Counted from the first letter of the stretch, positions 24,918 through 38,265 are shown. The stretch is DNA of 64,000 bases from Amphiscolops sp. MND2022 (GCA_964187785.1 OZ076409.1:21268001-21332000), one strand, 5' to 3'. Notes: generated by a model not told the origin, from the sequence alone. Made by a program: numbers and translations.

Positions 24918-24986
24918 TGAAATTCTTTTTGTCGTCAGAGACGTCCACTAGGCACCATGCGAGGAGGTTGAATTTCATCGCCCAGC
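24918..24986 (-). ncRNA. HDV-like self-cleaving ribozyme at the LINE 5' end
   Basis: P1 GCUGGGC/GCCUAGU (G1-U wobble); P2 UGAAAUUC/GAAUUUCA; P3 ACC/GGU; L3 UCCUCGCAU; P1.1 GG; P4 CGUC/GACG; J4/2 CAAAA. G1 is the first base inside the TSD. Confidence 0.9.
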
Positions 24987-25078
24987 TATATATACGCATA
25001 TTAAAATAATCGATGTCTTCGTCATGTGTTGCGAAGCACCGCTTCGCCTCTGTTCCAATATTTTGCTCTGTTTCCGAC

Positions 25079-25278
25079 NNNNNNNNNNNNNNNNNNNNNN
25101 NNNNNNNNNNNNNNNNNNNNNNNNNNNNNNNNNNNNNNNNNNNNNNNNNNNNNNNNNNNNNNNNNNNNNNNNNNNNNNNNNNNNNNNNNNNNNNNNNNNN
25201 NNNNNNNNNNNNNNNNNNNNNNNNNNNNNNNNNNNNNNNNNNNNNNNNNNNNNNNNNNNNNNNNNNNNNNNNNNNNNN
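25079..25278. other. Assembly gap (200 N)
   Basis: Run of N. Confidence 1.
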
Positions 25279-27026
25279 AATGGATTTCTCTCAAGAAAGC
25301 ATACCGCTTAAATTCATTCCCTTTTTATATATAAAACCAGTGGCGAAGAAGAACCATCTGAAGATTGGGACTCGAGCTGCTCTACGGATACAGAAAAACT
25401 TGTGGCAAGGATTGAATGAGAGGTGAGAAGCCCTGTACAAACTGACGGCAGAGTGAAGACTCAGACATATGGAAGAAGAATTGGTTGCTGGCCCAAGCTC
25501 GGCACCTTAGATGACGGCCACTAGTCCCAAATTTGACAGCAAATATTTTGACTAATGTATCTGCTACGCTCCGCCAAGGAAAACTCCAAAAGGAAGAATT
25601 GAATTGTGCAAAACGCCAAGGGGACCGTTTCATGAGACCCCGTTAATGCAGCCCAATACTATAGATTTCCGAGCTTCCTACCATATCCAGAACAACATTC
25701 CGTATGAGGACCTAAGCACAAAGCGCTACACAGGATGTCTGGTATGTGGACGATCTGTGGATGCGATCAAGAGAGAAAACACGGATTGTTGATGGCAAGA
25801 TCAAATCCAAGAGACGAGCCGGAACTCATAACCAAGCTTATATGAATGGTCTGAACGCGGGATCTTTTTTGTCCTTCAACCGGCTGTGTTGCAGGCTGCC
25901 TCCTGTGACGGGACAAGGATTACAACTACAGCTAGGGGCCAAGAGATAGGGCCACAAAACCAATCTACTAACATCGGGAACTGGTTAGCATTCGGTTAAA
26001 CTATATTTCAATTTTTTAAAACATTTTCACTCACTCAATTGCTATTTTATTAGTCTGTTAACTTTTGTTGGTGATCGATTTTACTATAAACGCAGCGCAA
26101 AGATTGATAACTGTAAATTGAGATTAGAATACTATGCAGTATAGAGAAAACGTGTTCAAATGCACAAACGTCCTTTTACAGCGTCTTAGCTATTTATTCA
26201 ATGACCAGACAATAACAGCACAGTATTTGTTGTATTATTTTAAAGGATTACTCCAATATGCCTGTTACGGCTAATTGACTCAATAAAACTGCTACTCAGA
26301 TGAAGCTAGTCAAACGGCCGGTCCGGTAATTTCATCTCTCCGTTAGATATAATGTTTTGTTTGACTAATAAAAGTACGCCTTTGACCATAGAGTGTCTAA
26401 ATTGCCTCCTTTCAAGTGCTATTATGGTTTAAGGACAGAGAATAATAGTTTGTTGCTTGTTGATGCTGTTTACAATATACCAGTCTTTGAACCGGTTCTG
26501 GCAAAGACTTTACAGCCAACCTTGTGTCAGAAGGCTAATTCAGGCAGTTTTAGCGTGATGGCCAAAACATGTAAAATCCATGCTAAAATTAATCAGATGT
26601 TCACAAAGTTACTTGTGTAGGCACTTGCTTAGGTGTGTTGCCGCATAATTCAAATATCCTAGTTACAGTTGTTGCTTTGAAGCTTATAATTGTTTACGGT
26701 CGAAAGACATAGTTTCTTCGAAAACGTTTGAACCGCTCTGAATTGAATTCCTTGAAAGCTTTGATGTACTTGATATTGTTAATCAAGTGCAATACCAAGG
26801 TGCTGTTGATGATAATCACATGTAACCTAGGAATGCTAAAGTTGCTGAAGTTGATAGATCCTGTTTAGTAAAACATGTGAAAAATGTGAATGTCACTCCT
26901 TGACGACTATATATACCTGTATTTCTCCTGAGGAGGACAAAACTTGATATACCCTACTGACGTTAACACACATTGGGAAGTATATCTTTTCCCATATAAT
27001 TCAACTAATAAGATCCGAGATTCTTC

Positions 27027-27590
27027 ATGCCTACAACAAGAAAGCAGAAAAGCAAAGCTAGAAACTCTAGAGAAGCCGATATGTTGTCTGACATACAAAA
27101 CATTGATATTATGTTAGGTAGTAATCACTTAGCTATAGAAGAAAGCGAATTCACCAACTCAGTCAGACGGCCTGAAAGCCCGCGTTACAAGGGAACAAAG
27201 AGGCAAGTTCACATTCAAACTCCAGAGAGAACGAAACTAGGGTTTTTTTCGGTCATGGTTGGAAATCTGGCGGAACTGCATTGAGTAGCGAATTCAGTAG
27301 GTTATCAGGAGAACTAAACTAAAGAATCTCTCGAGAGATGAATGGACTAGTAGTGTTAGTAGTCAGATCCAGAGAGCAATAAGTGAAGTGATCAACGAAC
27401 AGGTTTGACCCCAAATTCAAGGTTCACTAAGAGCCAGTTCGAAACAAATGACTCAAAAGGGATGGAGCATCCCGCTCGAGAGACCGGAACGAAGATCCGA
27501 GGAAACACTTTGTCGGAAAGCCGGAAACAGTTCTAGGAATGAGCTCCTCTTTAACCTAGTTTGCGAGAAGGATGAGGAGGAAAATCATAA
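27027..27590 (+). pseudogene. Decayed coiled-coil ORF, possibly a retroelement gag N-terminus remnant
   Basis: MPTTRKQKSKARNSREADMLSDIQNIDIMLG followed by broken helical frames; no diagnostic motif. Confidence 0.3.
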
Positions 27591-28824
27591 CAGTACAAAA
27601 GTTGCATCACAACGTGAAGATGTTGAAATTGTTCGACTCATTTGGAGTTCTTTCTGAAGTGTTTTTGTAGCAAAACACTGCATCGTTTTTCCGAAAAAGC
27701 ACTGCATAGCTCGTTGTATAGTTGTTGATTGTGTTGAAATTTGGAATAAAATCTCGCGGAAATTGTAAAGCAACTGCATCAAAGACAACAAAAATTAACG
27801 AAAGCTCACTGAAACAACCAATGTTCCCATTGGTTAGGGTTTTAGGTAATCTTGTACTCGAAGTTTATCGATAAATTGACAAGAATTGAACAAAAATGGT
27901 GAAAACCGTACAAGTTTCGAATTTTTGTCTTTTTCGATGTCAATTCGAGACATTTTTCATTTGAAAAGCAGCTATCACTTCTTCACTAAGCATACTGGAC
28001 AACCTGACCTTTTCAACGTACCAATCCACGGAGTCTGTCGAAGTTTTGACAGAAATTGCTTAAAAACTTTGAAAAAAGGAAAGTTTTGGGTTTTTGGTTA
28101 TTTTCGGTGCCACTTTGAGACATTTTGCATTCGCATAACTGCAATGAACTCTTCGGAAAAGCCTACTGGACAACAATATTGTTTCTTGTTGACCAATATT
28201 CCAATCCACGAAGTCTGTCGAAAATTTGACAAAAGTTGCATAAAAACGTTGAAAATCGGGATTATTTTGGTTTTTTGTCACTCGGTGTGAATTTGAGATC
28301 TTTTTCATTTAGAAAACAGCAATATCTTTTCATAGAAGACTATTGGACAACCAACGAATTGGTACCTTGTTGAACGTTTTCAATATTGGAATCCACGATA
28401 TCTATCAAAAATTGAGACAAAAATTGCATTGAAACGTTCAAAAAAATTGCAGTTTTTCTCGTTTTTGGAGTCGATTTTGGGTCTTTCTGGGGTCCTTGGA
28501 GTTAACTAAAAAAATCAAGAATCAGAAATCTCCACAAATACATATCGCACGAAACTAAACTTATGTGAGTTGAATTCTATGGGTAACACCCTTAAAGTTA
28601 AATGTAAATTTGGTGCTTGGCAAATTTTGTGAAAAAAAACTCGTTTGATTTAAATATTTTCTTTTCCCATTTGGAATATGGGCGGAAAATAACAATATTT
28701 AAAGACTCGAAGAATCACCCGACACTAGTACAGTTGAAAAATTTGTTTCTTGTGCTGGGAGCTTGTTGAGAGAAAAGAGTCACCGATCGAAGTTTCAAAA
28801 GCTCAAAATGTAAGAAATTGCAGC

Positions 28825-29113
28825 TTTTTGCACATGACGAAGTCAATGTGCATTGCAGTCCAGCTAAATAAGTTTTTTTCCACTATAGTCAACTTCATAA
28901 TGAGCGCCTTTTAGATAAAAGCCAAAACCCCAGTGAGATTCGAACCTGCAGCCTCCCGATTGCACGGCATAAGTGTTGACTACTGTGCCATAGGGACGTT
29001 ATTGAACAAAGTTGAACTGTTGAATATATACGCATGCGATTAAAATAATATATACGCATATTAAAATAATCGATGTCTTCGTCATGTGTTGCGAAGCACC
29101 GCTTCGCCTCTGT
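28825..29113 (+). mobile_element. Intact HINE copy (empty-site equivalent of the RTE insertion)
   Basis: SubTIRs at 28831-28842 and 29077-29088; hairpin at 29091-29107; internal tRNA-like segment. Confidence 0.75.
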
Positions 29114-32100
29114 GTAAAACTTAAATTGGCTGAGCCAAAGTTTTCCTCTAAAAGGCGCCGCTTGAGCGATGAGCGTTTTTTGGAAAAACCTAATTCACTG
29201 CTTATGCTGAAAAGAAGGAGTTAAAAACTGTAAATACCGCACAATGTATAAGAAGACCACGCTGGCATCGCACTTATTTCACTGCTTATAATGAAAAGAA
29301 GGAGTTAAAAACTGTGAATACCGCACAATGTATAAGAAGACCACGCGTGGTATTGCACCACGCTGGTATCGCAGTTGTATGAAAAAAATTATAGAAAAAA
29401 TCGAGAATTCTAGAAAACACTGTTGTGCCACTACTATAAATTCGGCGAAACTGAAACTAGTTTGTGTAATAATTTAATTGACTACTCTGGAGAAAACTAC
29501 TTTTAGTGTATGAAATTGGAGTAAAGCAAAAGAAACGCAGGCTGATCAAATGATTTTTTCCTGGAGAAAAACAATCGTAAATCGCAGTTATTGATATGCA
29601 GTTGACGTTTTGTTAGCTTTTTATTTTCATTCAACTTGTGGTCACTGCAAAGAAGAGTTGAGAAAAAAGTTCTCACCTGAAAAATCGTCGATAAAATTCA
29701 GAAAATGGCACTTTGCAGTATACTGGAAATGATCTTTTTCCGATCTTTAATCAAATCATAATTTTGAATTGCCTGATAAAAACAGTTACGGTAAAAAGTA
29801 ATGTACTGTAACTGTTGTGTACACAGGACCTAATAAACAAAGTGGATAAATTAAAATGAATAACACCTTGCTGGTTTATAAAGGAAGCATGCGGACAGTT
29901 GAGTTTTCAATACAATAGTCGTTAGTCTCCTAGCTTATGACGTTTGTTGAGGCGTGAAACACCAGATTGAGTTTTCATACTCTTATGGACAGTGTAGGTT
30001 TCTGTCTGGTTAAATTGCATGTCCTATAGTGGAATAGAAAACTTACAATTGACAACAGGAAATTAAAACAATCTTGGGAAACGTTCCTCGCTCTGGGGGG
30101 TAAGTAAGTCTACCCGATAATGTCCTGGTGTACAAGTGTTAGGGGATTAGAAAAAGTCCTTCAGGGACTAATTTAGTTTAAACAAATGACCAACCATTGA
30201 GAGGCCAATTGTGAAGTTTCGTGTAGAAATTCTTATACTTCTTGTGAAGTTTCTAATAATTTCTTGTAAAGTTTCTTACAATTCTTGTAAAATATCTAAT
30301 AATGCCCTAAAATAATTACGCTCAAAAATCAAGGCAAGCTTATGCCATGAGAAGACTACCTGTGCGATAATTGCAATGGCTTCCATGTTATCATCGTATC
30401 ACGAAACGACGTAATATGGTACGTTTGATGTAGTTGCCCCTCCAGAGTCGAATTATTTAGAATCGAAAATTATAACGTTATAATTTTCGATCCTGTATAA
30501 TTCGATTCTAAATAATTCGACTCCAAATAATTTTAAAATGAAGTACTTCATTTAAAAATTATATTTCAAAATCGGTTGTACGACTTGGCCTTTCTCCTCC
30601 AGATCGGCCTTCGTCAAAATCTGCTGCTGGACTGGTAGTGGCTCTGCTTCCCTTCGTTCCTGCATTTAGGGCACTATATGTTTGGTGTAATAGTAATGAA
30701 TTATTCACCTCTTTCGATCTTAGACAAAATCAAGTCACGATTAGATCCTACATAAATCCACTCTGCACAGCAATCCCGTTCCATACACACGAATGCAGGT
30801 CACGTCCATGTTATGACGATAATCAAATGTTTAAAATAATTTTTCACAGAGAAGCCCTTTTTCCCTCAAGGTCTGTTTTTTAACATTTAATTTTCCTCGC
30901 ATGTTCAACACTTCAAGTCTCTACTTGAGCGATGGAGCTAAATACATGAATTATACGGAAGCTGCAAATTTAGCGGAAATTTGTCAAAGTTGGAATCCTT
31001 TCAACGTGCGATATCAAAACTTGTCTCCTCTGTTGCTAGTCCAAATTTTGACTATTTTTGGCATTTCAGCAAAGAAACAACAGAAAATCAGATTTCCACT
31101 TTCTTGCCGACTAAGAAAAACAACAATTCTAACACTTTCAAACGAAGTATACATTGTTAAAGCCAACTTCCTATCCAGAAGTCTTTTTTTCGAGAGATTC
31201 CTAGATGTTATGCAGATTTGATGGCATTTAATTTAGACTCTTTTTTGAATTTAAACTTTTTTGTACTCGCTGGGTAAGATTAGCAGTAAAAACGGTCCAT
31301 GATAAATTTTTTGACGAAATGCTGACTGATCATGCCATTTCATAGTCTAGAGAACAGCTAATTGAATAATTTGCATGATAAATGTGAATCCAGTTTTTCA
31401 CCGAAAAATGTTACCATAGTTGGCGCCAAGTGAGCAATAACAAAACTTGCAATTGACATTTTTAATTTCATAATCAGATCTTGCAATACTGAAATAAGCC
31501 TCACAAAACCACAAAGTAGCATAAACTATCTTTAATTAAGACACCAAATTTAGCTCTCATCAAAACCCCCAACATTTATTACTTCGAAAAGAATGTTCCG
31601 CGAATTTTCATGCTTATTAAATAAATCTAGGTAGGTTCCTTGGACCTTGATTCCTATCCCCCCAAGCGCCCGCGGGGGAAATAAGAAACAACATTCAAAT
31701 ACCATTAATGACGATCTCGTTTCCACTGAAATTTCTGTCGACATAATCCTATCTGTTACATTGATTCAATAGTTGAAAGTTGCTCATTTCGTTTATTGCC
31801 GAAAAAATTTGCGTTAAAATAAGACCTTTTCTATTACAATTTTACCTTGTTCCTTGCGTGAATTTTTGCTTCTTTTGTGAGCAATTATCAAAAAATTGGT
31901 ATAATTTTTTGCTGCACGTGTCGAAACAACTATAGAAATAATCCTCTAGGTATTTGTATACAAATCAATTTCTTTCATCCGCCCAAGAAGTTTTTTCAAG
32001 CATAAAAGTTGTTTTCGTGTTGGGGGATAAGGAATAAGGTGTACCTGCGGCAGGGGCGGGCTGGTTTTTGGTGGTTAAATTAGAAACATGGTCCGGTTCT

Positions 32101-32508
32101 TTTAGTCAAAATTTGAAAATGGGAAACCCGATTGCATTTTTCCATGCTTCGTTCTTTTGACAGTTGGAAGCTACATAATTCAAACTAGCAATGATGGTAA
32201 AATTTCACCGGAACCTTCAAAGAAGAATTTATGTGACCACCCATCTGCTGGTCAAAGATTAGTCCTCGCTACACCTGATTCCCATCAATGATTCATACCA
32301 TCTTTGCATGTAACATGCAAACTGTTGAAACTCCTCTAACAACATCTTTCCAAGCAATTTTTGTCGCCTTTCCTCTTTGTTTCTTATATTCCTTTTCATA
32401 TAAGACCTCGCTCTTTGAGTTTTCCCTTTCTCTTTTTTAAAAATACAACTTCTATTTTCAAAATATTTTCATTCTGGAACTATTGCATAGTTTGTGAAGA
32501 TATCGAGA

Positions 32509-32720
32509 ATGCCTCGCGTTGCTTTGATTGCTACTTTTCTTTCTATGGTTCTGGCAATGAAGTCCATCGTTTTTTGTGCCGGGGATGAATCATCCTATGA
32601 CTTGCTGGCTACCCTTATGGCTCAGTTTCCTCTGGATGAGCTGGTCTGGTTGAACACTCTGGAAAAAACTGGATTCCTTGATATTGACCCAACTTACTCG
32701 GCATCAGCACAGGGATGTTC
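32509..32720 (+). CDS. Candidate signal-peptide first exon of the adhesion GPCR
   Basis: MPRVALIATFLSMVLAMKSIVFC is signal-peptide-like and the ORF ends TYSASAQG (discoidin-start-like); no good splice donor was found. Confidence 0.3.
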
Positions 32721-33659
32721 ATAACACTTTTACAATAATTTTTCATTTCCTGAAATCCTTTACAAATTTTTTTGTATTATATACAAACCTCATGATACTT
32801 CTTAGCTCAATCGACTAAAATTTAGATTTTTTCAATGCATTTTTCCATGAAGCTGTTTTTAGTTACACAGCCTAAACGCAATCTAAGTTCGGGGTGAGGT
32901 CTAGAAGAACACTAATGCTCATACCTTGCCCTTTTTGGATGTTTTTATTTAGAAAACTTTTTTGTAATATTTTATAATAATTTTGTATCATAATATTAAA
33001 CTACCCTGGTTGAAAAAAAAACAATCCTTGCACAAGATCCTTGCATTTAAGACATTCTTTGGTAGATCTTGCAAGCAGGGCTGTCGGCGGTCATAAAAAG
33101 ACTGTAATCGGTTAACCGATATTTCCTAATCGGTGAACCGGTTAACCGAACGGTCTAGAGCTTTTCAATGAAATTTTTTTGCAAACAAACACTTGAATTT
33201 TAATATTAAAAGAACGTGCAATGGAAATGAACAGTACATGAAGTAAAAGAAAAACATTGAAACTTTCATAACATAACGAAAACCAACGAAATAGGCAAGC
33301 TAATGACCTATTTTTTTCACTGAGGGTAAATAAGAATTTAGACGGCAGAACCAAATCATGTTTGCATTTGTAGAAAGGAGAGCCATCCGGTTTTCTCTAA
33401 AAAGTAAACCTAATCGAGAGAATACTCTTTCTGCTGTGGTGCTTGTTGCTGGAATAGCCACGTAACGTCTAGCCAGTAAAAAAGTCTTCAACCTCGTATT
33501 TCAATATTGTCTACAAGCTAATTTCGTAATTTATACTTGGTTGTGTTTTCAATTGTACACCAGCGAGTTGTCGGCCTTCACAAATAACTCTCACTGTTCA
33601 GCCTGATGCCTCTCTATTAGCAGAAACAAATAAATTCTGGGGTCTTTTTGGTCCTTTTT

Positions 33660-36600
33660 TGTAGGATTTTTGACTTTTCGCTCATGTTATGGTGTTTATT
33701 AAATTTTATTTCATCAGCAAGGTAGATTTTCCGGGGGTGATATCGTATAAAAGTAAAGATTACAACAAGTACTTCAAGTACCTCGCACTATTGTTTAATG
33801 TCAATAATATTGTCTTTAGCCCCGCGGACAACCAAAATAACCATTCTTAGCTGCAATGAAGCGGCCGCGCAACGTATTAATGCAGTAATACGGCCGCCAG
33901 CACTCAGAACTATGTATGAAAATTCTAATCGAAAAGAAACTTTGACATCGAATTTCTCGGCAACTATTACTAATACAAGAAAAATTAAACCACCGAAATG
34001 TTCCTATTTGACCTGACTACGTGTTGGGTAAACATTTAAGAACTTTAAAACAAAGTATTCGCACAAAAATTGAACCTAAAGTCATCATTGACTGAGAATA
34101 GAGATTTAGCCAAATTGCTATGTTAATACATGTGTTTGAGGGAAAGCGAGAGTGAAAACTCCGCCGTGTGCGTGAATAGCATAGAATGCAACTCAGCTAA
34201 GCGTGTCAGAAAGCGAAAGGAATGAAATTAAGAACGCGCTGTGAGTGGCTGTACGCATAGCTAATAAGAAAACGGCCGCCGCACACTTTGGAATTATCCC
34301 CTCTCTTAATGCAAACTAAAAATCAAAACGCGATTTCTCAAAGATGAAAAAAGATAACAACAAACGGTTTTCAGCATTCGAAAGCCCATCCAAAGGAGAA
34401 CTTAAGTTGAGAATATGAGCGTTGTGCGACCCCGGGAACATATTGGGGGGGAGCTTTGAAAAAGTGTGCGTATAAAATTTTGACGATTTTCCAAAAATGA
34501 GTTTCCTTTAAAAATTTCGTGTGATCGTTACAGTTGTCAGAAAATGTTCGGATAAGACTTAAATTAAAGATAAATGAATGCCCTAACTTGTGTTAATTGG
34601 AAAATAAATAATATTCAGCAGTTTTGGAGAACTGAGCCAGCAAACGTTAAAAACAGCCCTAAAATGGCCTAAAAAGCCGTTTTTCGCATGTTATCGCTTA
34701 GTACTCAACGAGTAAGCGAACAATAGCCGCGCCCTTCACAGCGTACTTGCAAATTGAAGCGGAGGAGTGAATAGAATAATAAATAGAGTGCTGCGGCGCG
34801 CTAGCGAAGAACCCCCAAGAATTTAAAGTAGTGAATTTTTGTTGCCAGTACTGAAATCGACTTACCAAAATGCTAACCCCCCCGCACGTTTTGGGCGATA
34901 TCGAGCTGAAACTTTCAGGGTAGACGCACAAGAGTCTGGCGCACAGCGTTTAGAGAGAGCGTTTTTCCGAAAAATGACCTGGTGTCGAGATATTGACCTC
35001 TAAAGTTGGAGGTCAGGTCACGAAAAATCGAAAAATGACCCCTTTCAGAAAAAGCGTCACCAAACTTTGTTGAAACAAGATAGAGACCTCATCTAAAGTG
35101 CAAAATACTCCTAATGGCTTGGGCTAACGCTGTATATATGCCCCCAGCCTGTATTTTTCAAATTGATTGAGTACTAGCACTCCAAAGTTGAGATCTGCGT
35201 GAAAACCCACGGGTGATTTTTGACTACCAAACTTTAAAGGCGTTTTTCACCATGAAGACGTTGAAATAAAAAGAAAACCATGGAATAAGCTTTTGTAGCT
35301 CTTGAATTGTTTTTTAAAATGGTTCTTGGTTTCAGCCCCCCGTGATCGGAATACCTAGCTTTTGCCCTTAGAAATTGTAACACGAAAATCGACTTTTTTA
35401 GATATGAATTAAAATCGCCTTTTAGGTCATTGTAAATAGTCGGAAATTGTTTCCTTCAGCCATTTTTAGCTGAAGAGAGTTGTCAGGAACCGCGTGAGAA
35501 AAAGAGACCTTGCAAAAGGTGCAAATGTCAATCAGTAAGCCGAAGTTCAAGTCGTGCTTACAAAAGTGGGAAACACTGAGTCAGTAGCACCACCCCTTGA
35601 ATTCTATTGAAAACGAAGTACAACCATCAGTCATGATTGACAAAGAGGTGGAACTAGGACCGACTCGTGCTGAGAAAATGTACTTCTAATGAATTTTCAG
35701 TACCGAAGTAGTAAAAAACTGTATTGCTCAACACTTAGTCAGAACCCGAAAAGGGAAAGATGATAAACTATGAATAATGATATGACTAAACTGCCGAAAA
35801 AGTAACTTAGGCCGAAGTGTGTGCCATTTTAGCGACACACAAAGTGAGTTGAAAACTAGAGAACGGTTTGCTGCTTTGCGTCCGATAGTATCCCGCATCA
35901 GACGCCGGACTATCGAAATTGCAGATTTACTTCGTCTGGCCGGTTAGCCCGTGCCTTCAGCCTAACAACCTGAAGTTGCCTGATTTGTTGCTACCCCGCT
36001 CTTCGCTAGTACGGATTTCGACCCGGGAGTAGGGTGGACTGCTGGTCTATCGTATTACATGTAAAAGAGGCTAAGTGGGCTGATAATACACGGTTGAGCC
36101 TAAGTGGGCTGATAATACACGGTTGAGCCTAAGTGGGCTGATAATACACGGTTGAGCCTAAGTGGGCTGATAATACACGGTTGAGCCTAAGTGGGCTGAT
36201 AATACACGGATTGTTGTTTTTTTCACTCCAAGACCGATAGAGATTTTGCGGCGAGTTGATTCTTCCGATATCTTCGATATCACCCCCATCCTTACGGATA
36301 CAAAAACTTAACCTTGCTGAAATTCTTGTATACTGTTCTCTTGTGTTATATGCATCCTAATATGCCTCCTAATATACTCAGTAATATTCTCCGCCATTAT
36401 CGATGTTATTATATTATTCATTCTATTATATGTGGATGTGAAATTGTATTTGTGTCTATTACTCGACTTATTAATTTGATGTATAGTAATTAAAGTTCAA
36501 CCTGCTTCTTTTCATCAGCGAAAAGATAATTTCAAAACAGTCCAAGAGTAGCGAGACAAACCCCTGAAAGAGGGAAAAATAGCAAAGTTGTAAAGATCGT

Positions 36601-36790
36601 GATTTCCTTGTCACACTTACCCCCACCGCCTTCGATTAAGTTGATTCGTCTCTTCTTCGGAGTTAATAAAAATTTATGTAGATACTCAGCCAGTCCTTGT
36701 CTCGTGCATGGTACCTACGGGTTTAATTGAGTTGTAATGGAGCTATTCTCAACAAATAGTTAAAGCTACTGGAAAACTAAAAATCTTACA
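33660..36790 (+). repeat. 5' LTR (TG...CA)
   Basis: Colinear with 44601-47731; contains 5 x 29-bp tandem repeat at 36071-36209. Confidence 0.95.
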
Positions 36791-36791
36791 T

Positions 36792-36809
36792 TGGCGCTAA
36801 TGGGTGGGC
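36792..36809 (+). promoter_or_regulatory. Primer-binding site (resembles the complement of a tRNA-Asn 3' end)
   Basis: TGGCGCTAATGGGTGGGC begins one base after the LTR; tRNA identity is tentative. Confidence 0.7.
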
Positions 36810-36895
36810 CTTCTTTGCGTCTTTGTTAGTTCCTCTTTCTTTGCTTACTTCTCTCCCTTATCTTCCCTTCACCTTTTTGAGTTGCTGAACCCTTC

Positions 36896-38239
36896 TTGAC
36901 GATGTCTGGAGACGACGACAACGATCAGCAGATTTCCCCCGTCACCCAAGAAGATCCCAACGGCACCCATACTCCCGTCACAGGTGGTAGTAAGCCTCTC
37001 CTCAGTAAGTCCACTAAATTTTCCTTCGTAGGATTGGCCGACGCGGCAAAGGAGCGTAAACAAACCGCCTATAAACGAATGAAAGAAATGGAAAGAGAAC
37101 TGAAAAGATTCAAATTTGAAGAAGAATTAGATTCGGACGACTCCATGGTTCTTGAAAATGAATCCAAAAGAAGACAAAAACTTTTATATGAAAAGTCGCC
37201 AATAAAACCAGAAAAGTTCCCCGGCAAAGATTACAACCGCTGGGAAAGCTGGGTAAAACACTTCAAAGCAGTTGCTAAAGCAAATGGGTGGAATGATAGT
37301 CAAAAAATTGCAGCAATACCTACTTGTTTAACATCGTGGGCTATTGAAGAATTTGAAACTGTCCCCCAAAGATATATTGAAAAAGAACCAGGTTCTTATC
37401 CCCCACGGTTCGATGAACTACTTGAAATTTTGAAACCCAAAATGCAGCAATATCGCGGTCAGCGAGCTACCCTGTCGGAATTTAAAGCAGTTAAACAGTG
37501 GGAAAATGAAGACCTAAGAGACTACTCGAGAAGAGTGCGTCAACTCGCTGATATAGCCTTTCCTGAAAAATCGCTCCGGGAAAGAGAAAGCGATATGAGA
37601 GATCAATTTATTGAAGGGCTTTTTGATTCGCGAATACAACTTAGTTTGTATGAAGACGAGCGTGACCGTGATTTCGGGGAAACTTTGCAAAGAGCACAGG
37701 AACTCGAAATAATCCACAAGACTCACGAATCAAAAAGAGAGCGAAAACTGGATAAATTGCGATATTCATACGACGAATACGAGGATCCCGATCTAGTGAG
37801 AGCTGGCTATTCGAGTAACAACCAAATCGAAGAAAAATTTGCCGCCCTTCAAACATCTTTAACCAATGTGGCAAGTCGCTTTGATCGCTTCGAAAATTCC
37901 ATCTGCCAGCAGATATCCAAGCGAACCGATCAAATAACGAAAAACTTAGAACAAAGTTCCTCGAAACAAGTCGAAATGATGACCAGACAAAACGAAATCC
38001 TAATGCAGGGTATGAAAGACATGTCATCTGCGATCGTAGGAGCGTTAGGAAGTTCGCAACGGCCGGTTGGTGGGCAGCCTCAGAGTTGGCAAGCTCCCCG
38101 TTTTCAAACCCCTTTCAATACTAACTATCGCGCGCCTCTAAATAGGGTAGGATCGTCGGGTCAGCTAAATGTTTCGCACCCTTCCCCCGAAGAAGCGGAA
38201 TGTTTTAATTGTAAGGCGATAGGTCACTACGCTAAGTAA
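36896..38239 (+). CDS. gag: Gag with a premature stop inside the CCHC knuckle
   Basis: Capsid-like PEKFPG..WESWVKHFKAVAKANGW; knuckle CFNCKAIGHYAK*CP. Confidence 0.9.
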   Translation: MTMSGDDDNDQQISPVTQEDPNGTHTPVTGGSKPLLSKSTKFSFVGLADAAKERKQTAYKRMKEMERELKRFKFEEELDSDDSMVLENESKRRQKLLYEKSPIKPEKFPGKDYNRWESWVKHFKAVAKANGWNDSQKIAAIPTCLTSWAIEEFETVPQRYIEKEPGSYPPRFDELLEILKPKMQQYRGQRATLSEFKAVKQWENEDLRDYSRRVRQLADIAFPEKSLRERESDMRDQFIEGLFDSRIQLSLYEDERDRDFGETLQRAQELEIIHKTHESKRERKLDKLRYSYDEYEDPDLVRAGYSSNNQIEEKFAALQTSLTNVASRFDRFENSICQQISKRTDQITKNLEQSSSKQVEMMTRQNEILMQGMKDMSSAIVGALGSSQRPVGGQPQSWQAPRFQTPFNTNYRAPLNRVGSSGQLNVSHPSPEEAECFNCKAIGHYAK

Positions 38240-38265
38240 TGTCCAAGTCTTCCGCAGTTTAATTC

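Larger units (their letters stand above)
21183..24986 (-). mobile_element. Full-length RTE-clade LINE (APE endonuclease, RT, C-terminal zinc fingers) with about three frameshifts
   Basis: IATWNV/LSE/GGDFNAH/SDH (APE); YRGVCLL, GLREGCATSPALFN and LFADD (RT); GHVLRM; C2H2/C2HC fingers; (GAA)n 3' tail; 13-bp TSD TATATATACGCAT at 21170-21182 and 24987-24999. Confidence 0.93.
20932..25053 (+). mobile_element. Helentron-type non-autonomous element (HINE) interrupted by the RTE LINE
   Basis: T-run plus subTIR CACATGACGAAG, inverted CTTCGTCATGTG, then hairpin GCGAAGC-ACC-GCTTCGC; an uninterrupted copy lies at 28825-29113. Confidence 0.7.

Noticed and set aside
25013..25426. ORFs containing X runs
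   Set aside because: They span the N gap.
36071..36209. CRISPR-like regular repeats (also 47012-47150 and 2238-2460)
   Set aside because: The units are tandem without unique spacers, there are no cas genes, and the context is a eukaryotic LTR or intron.
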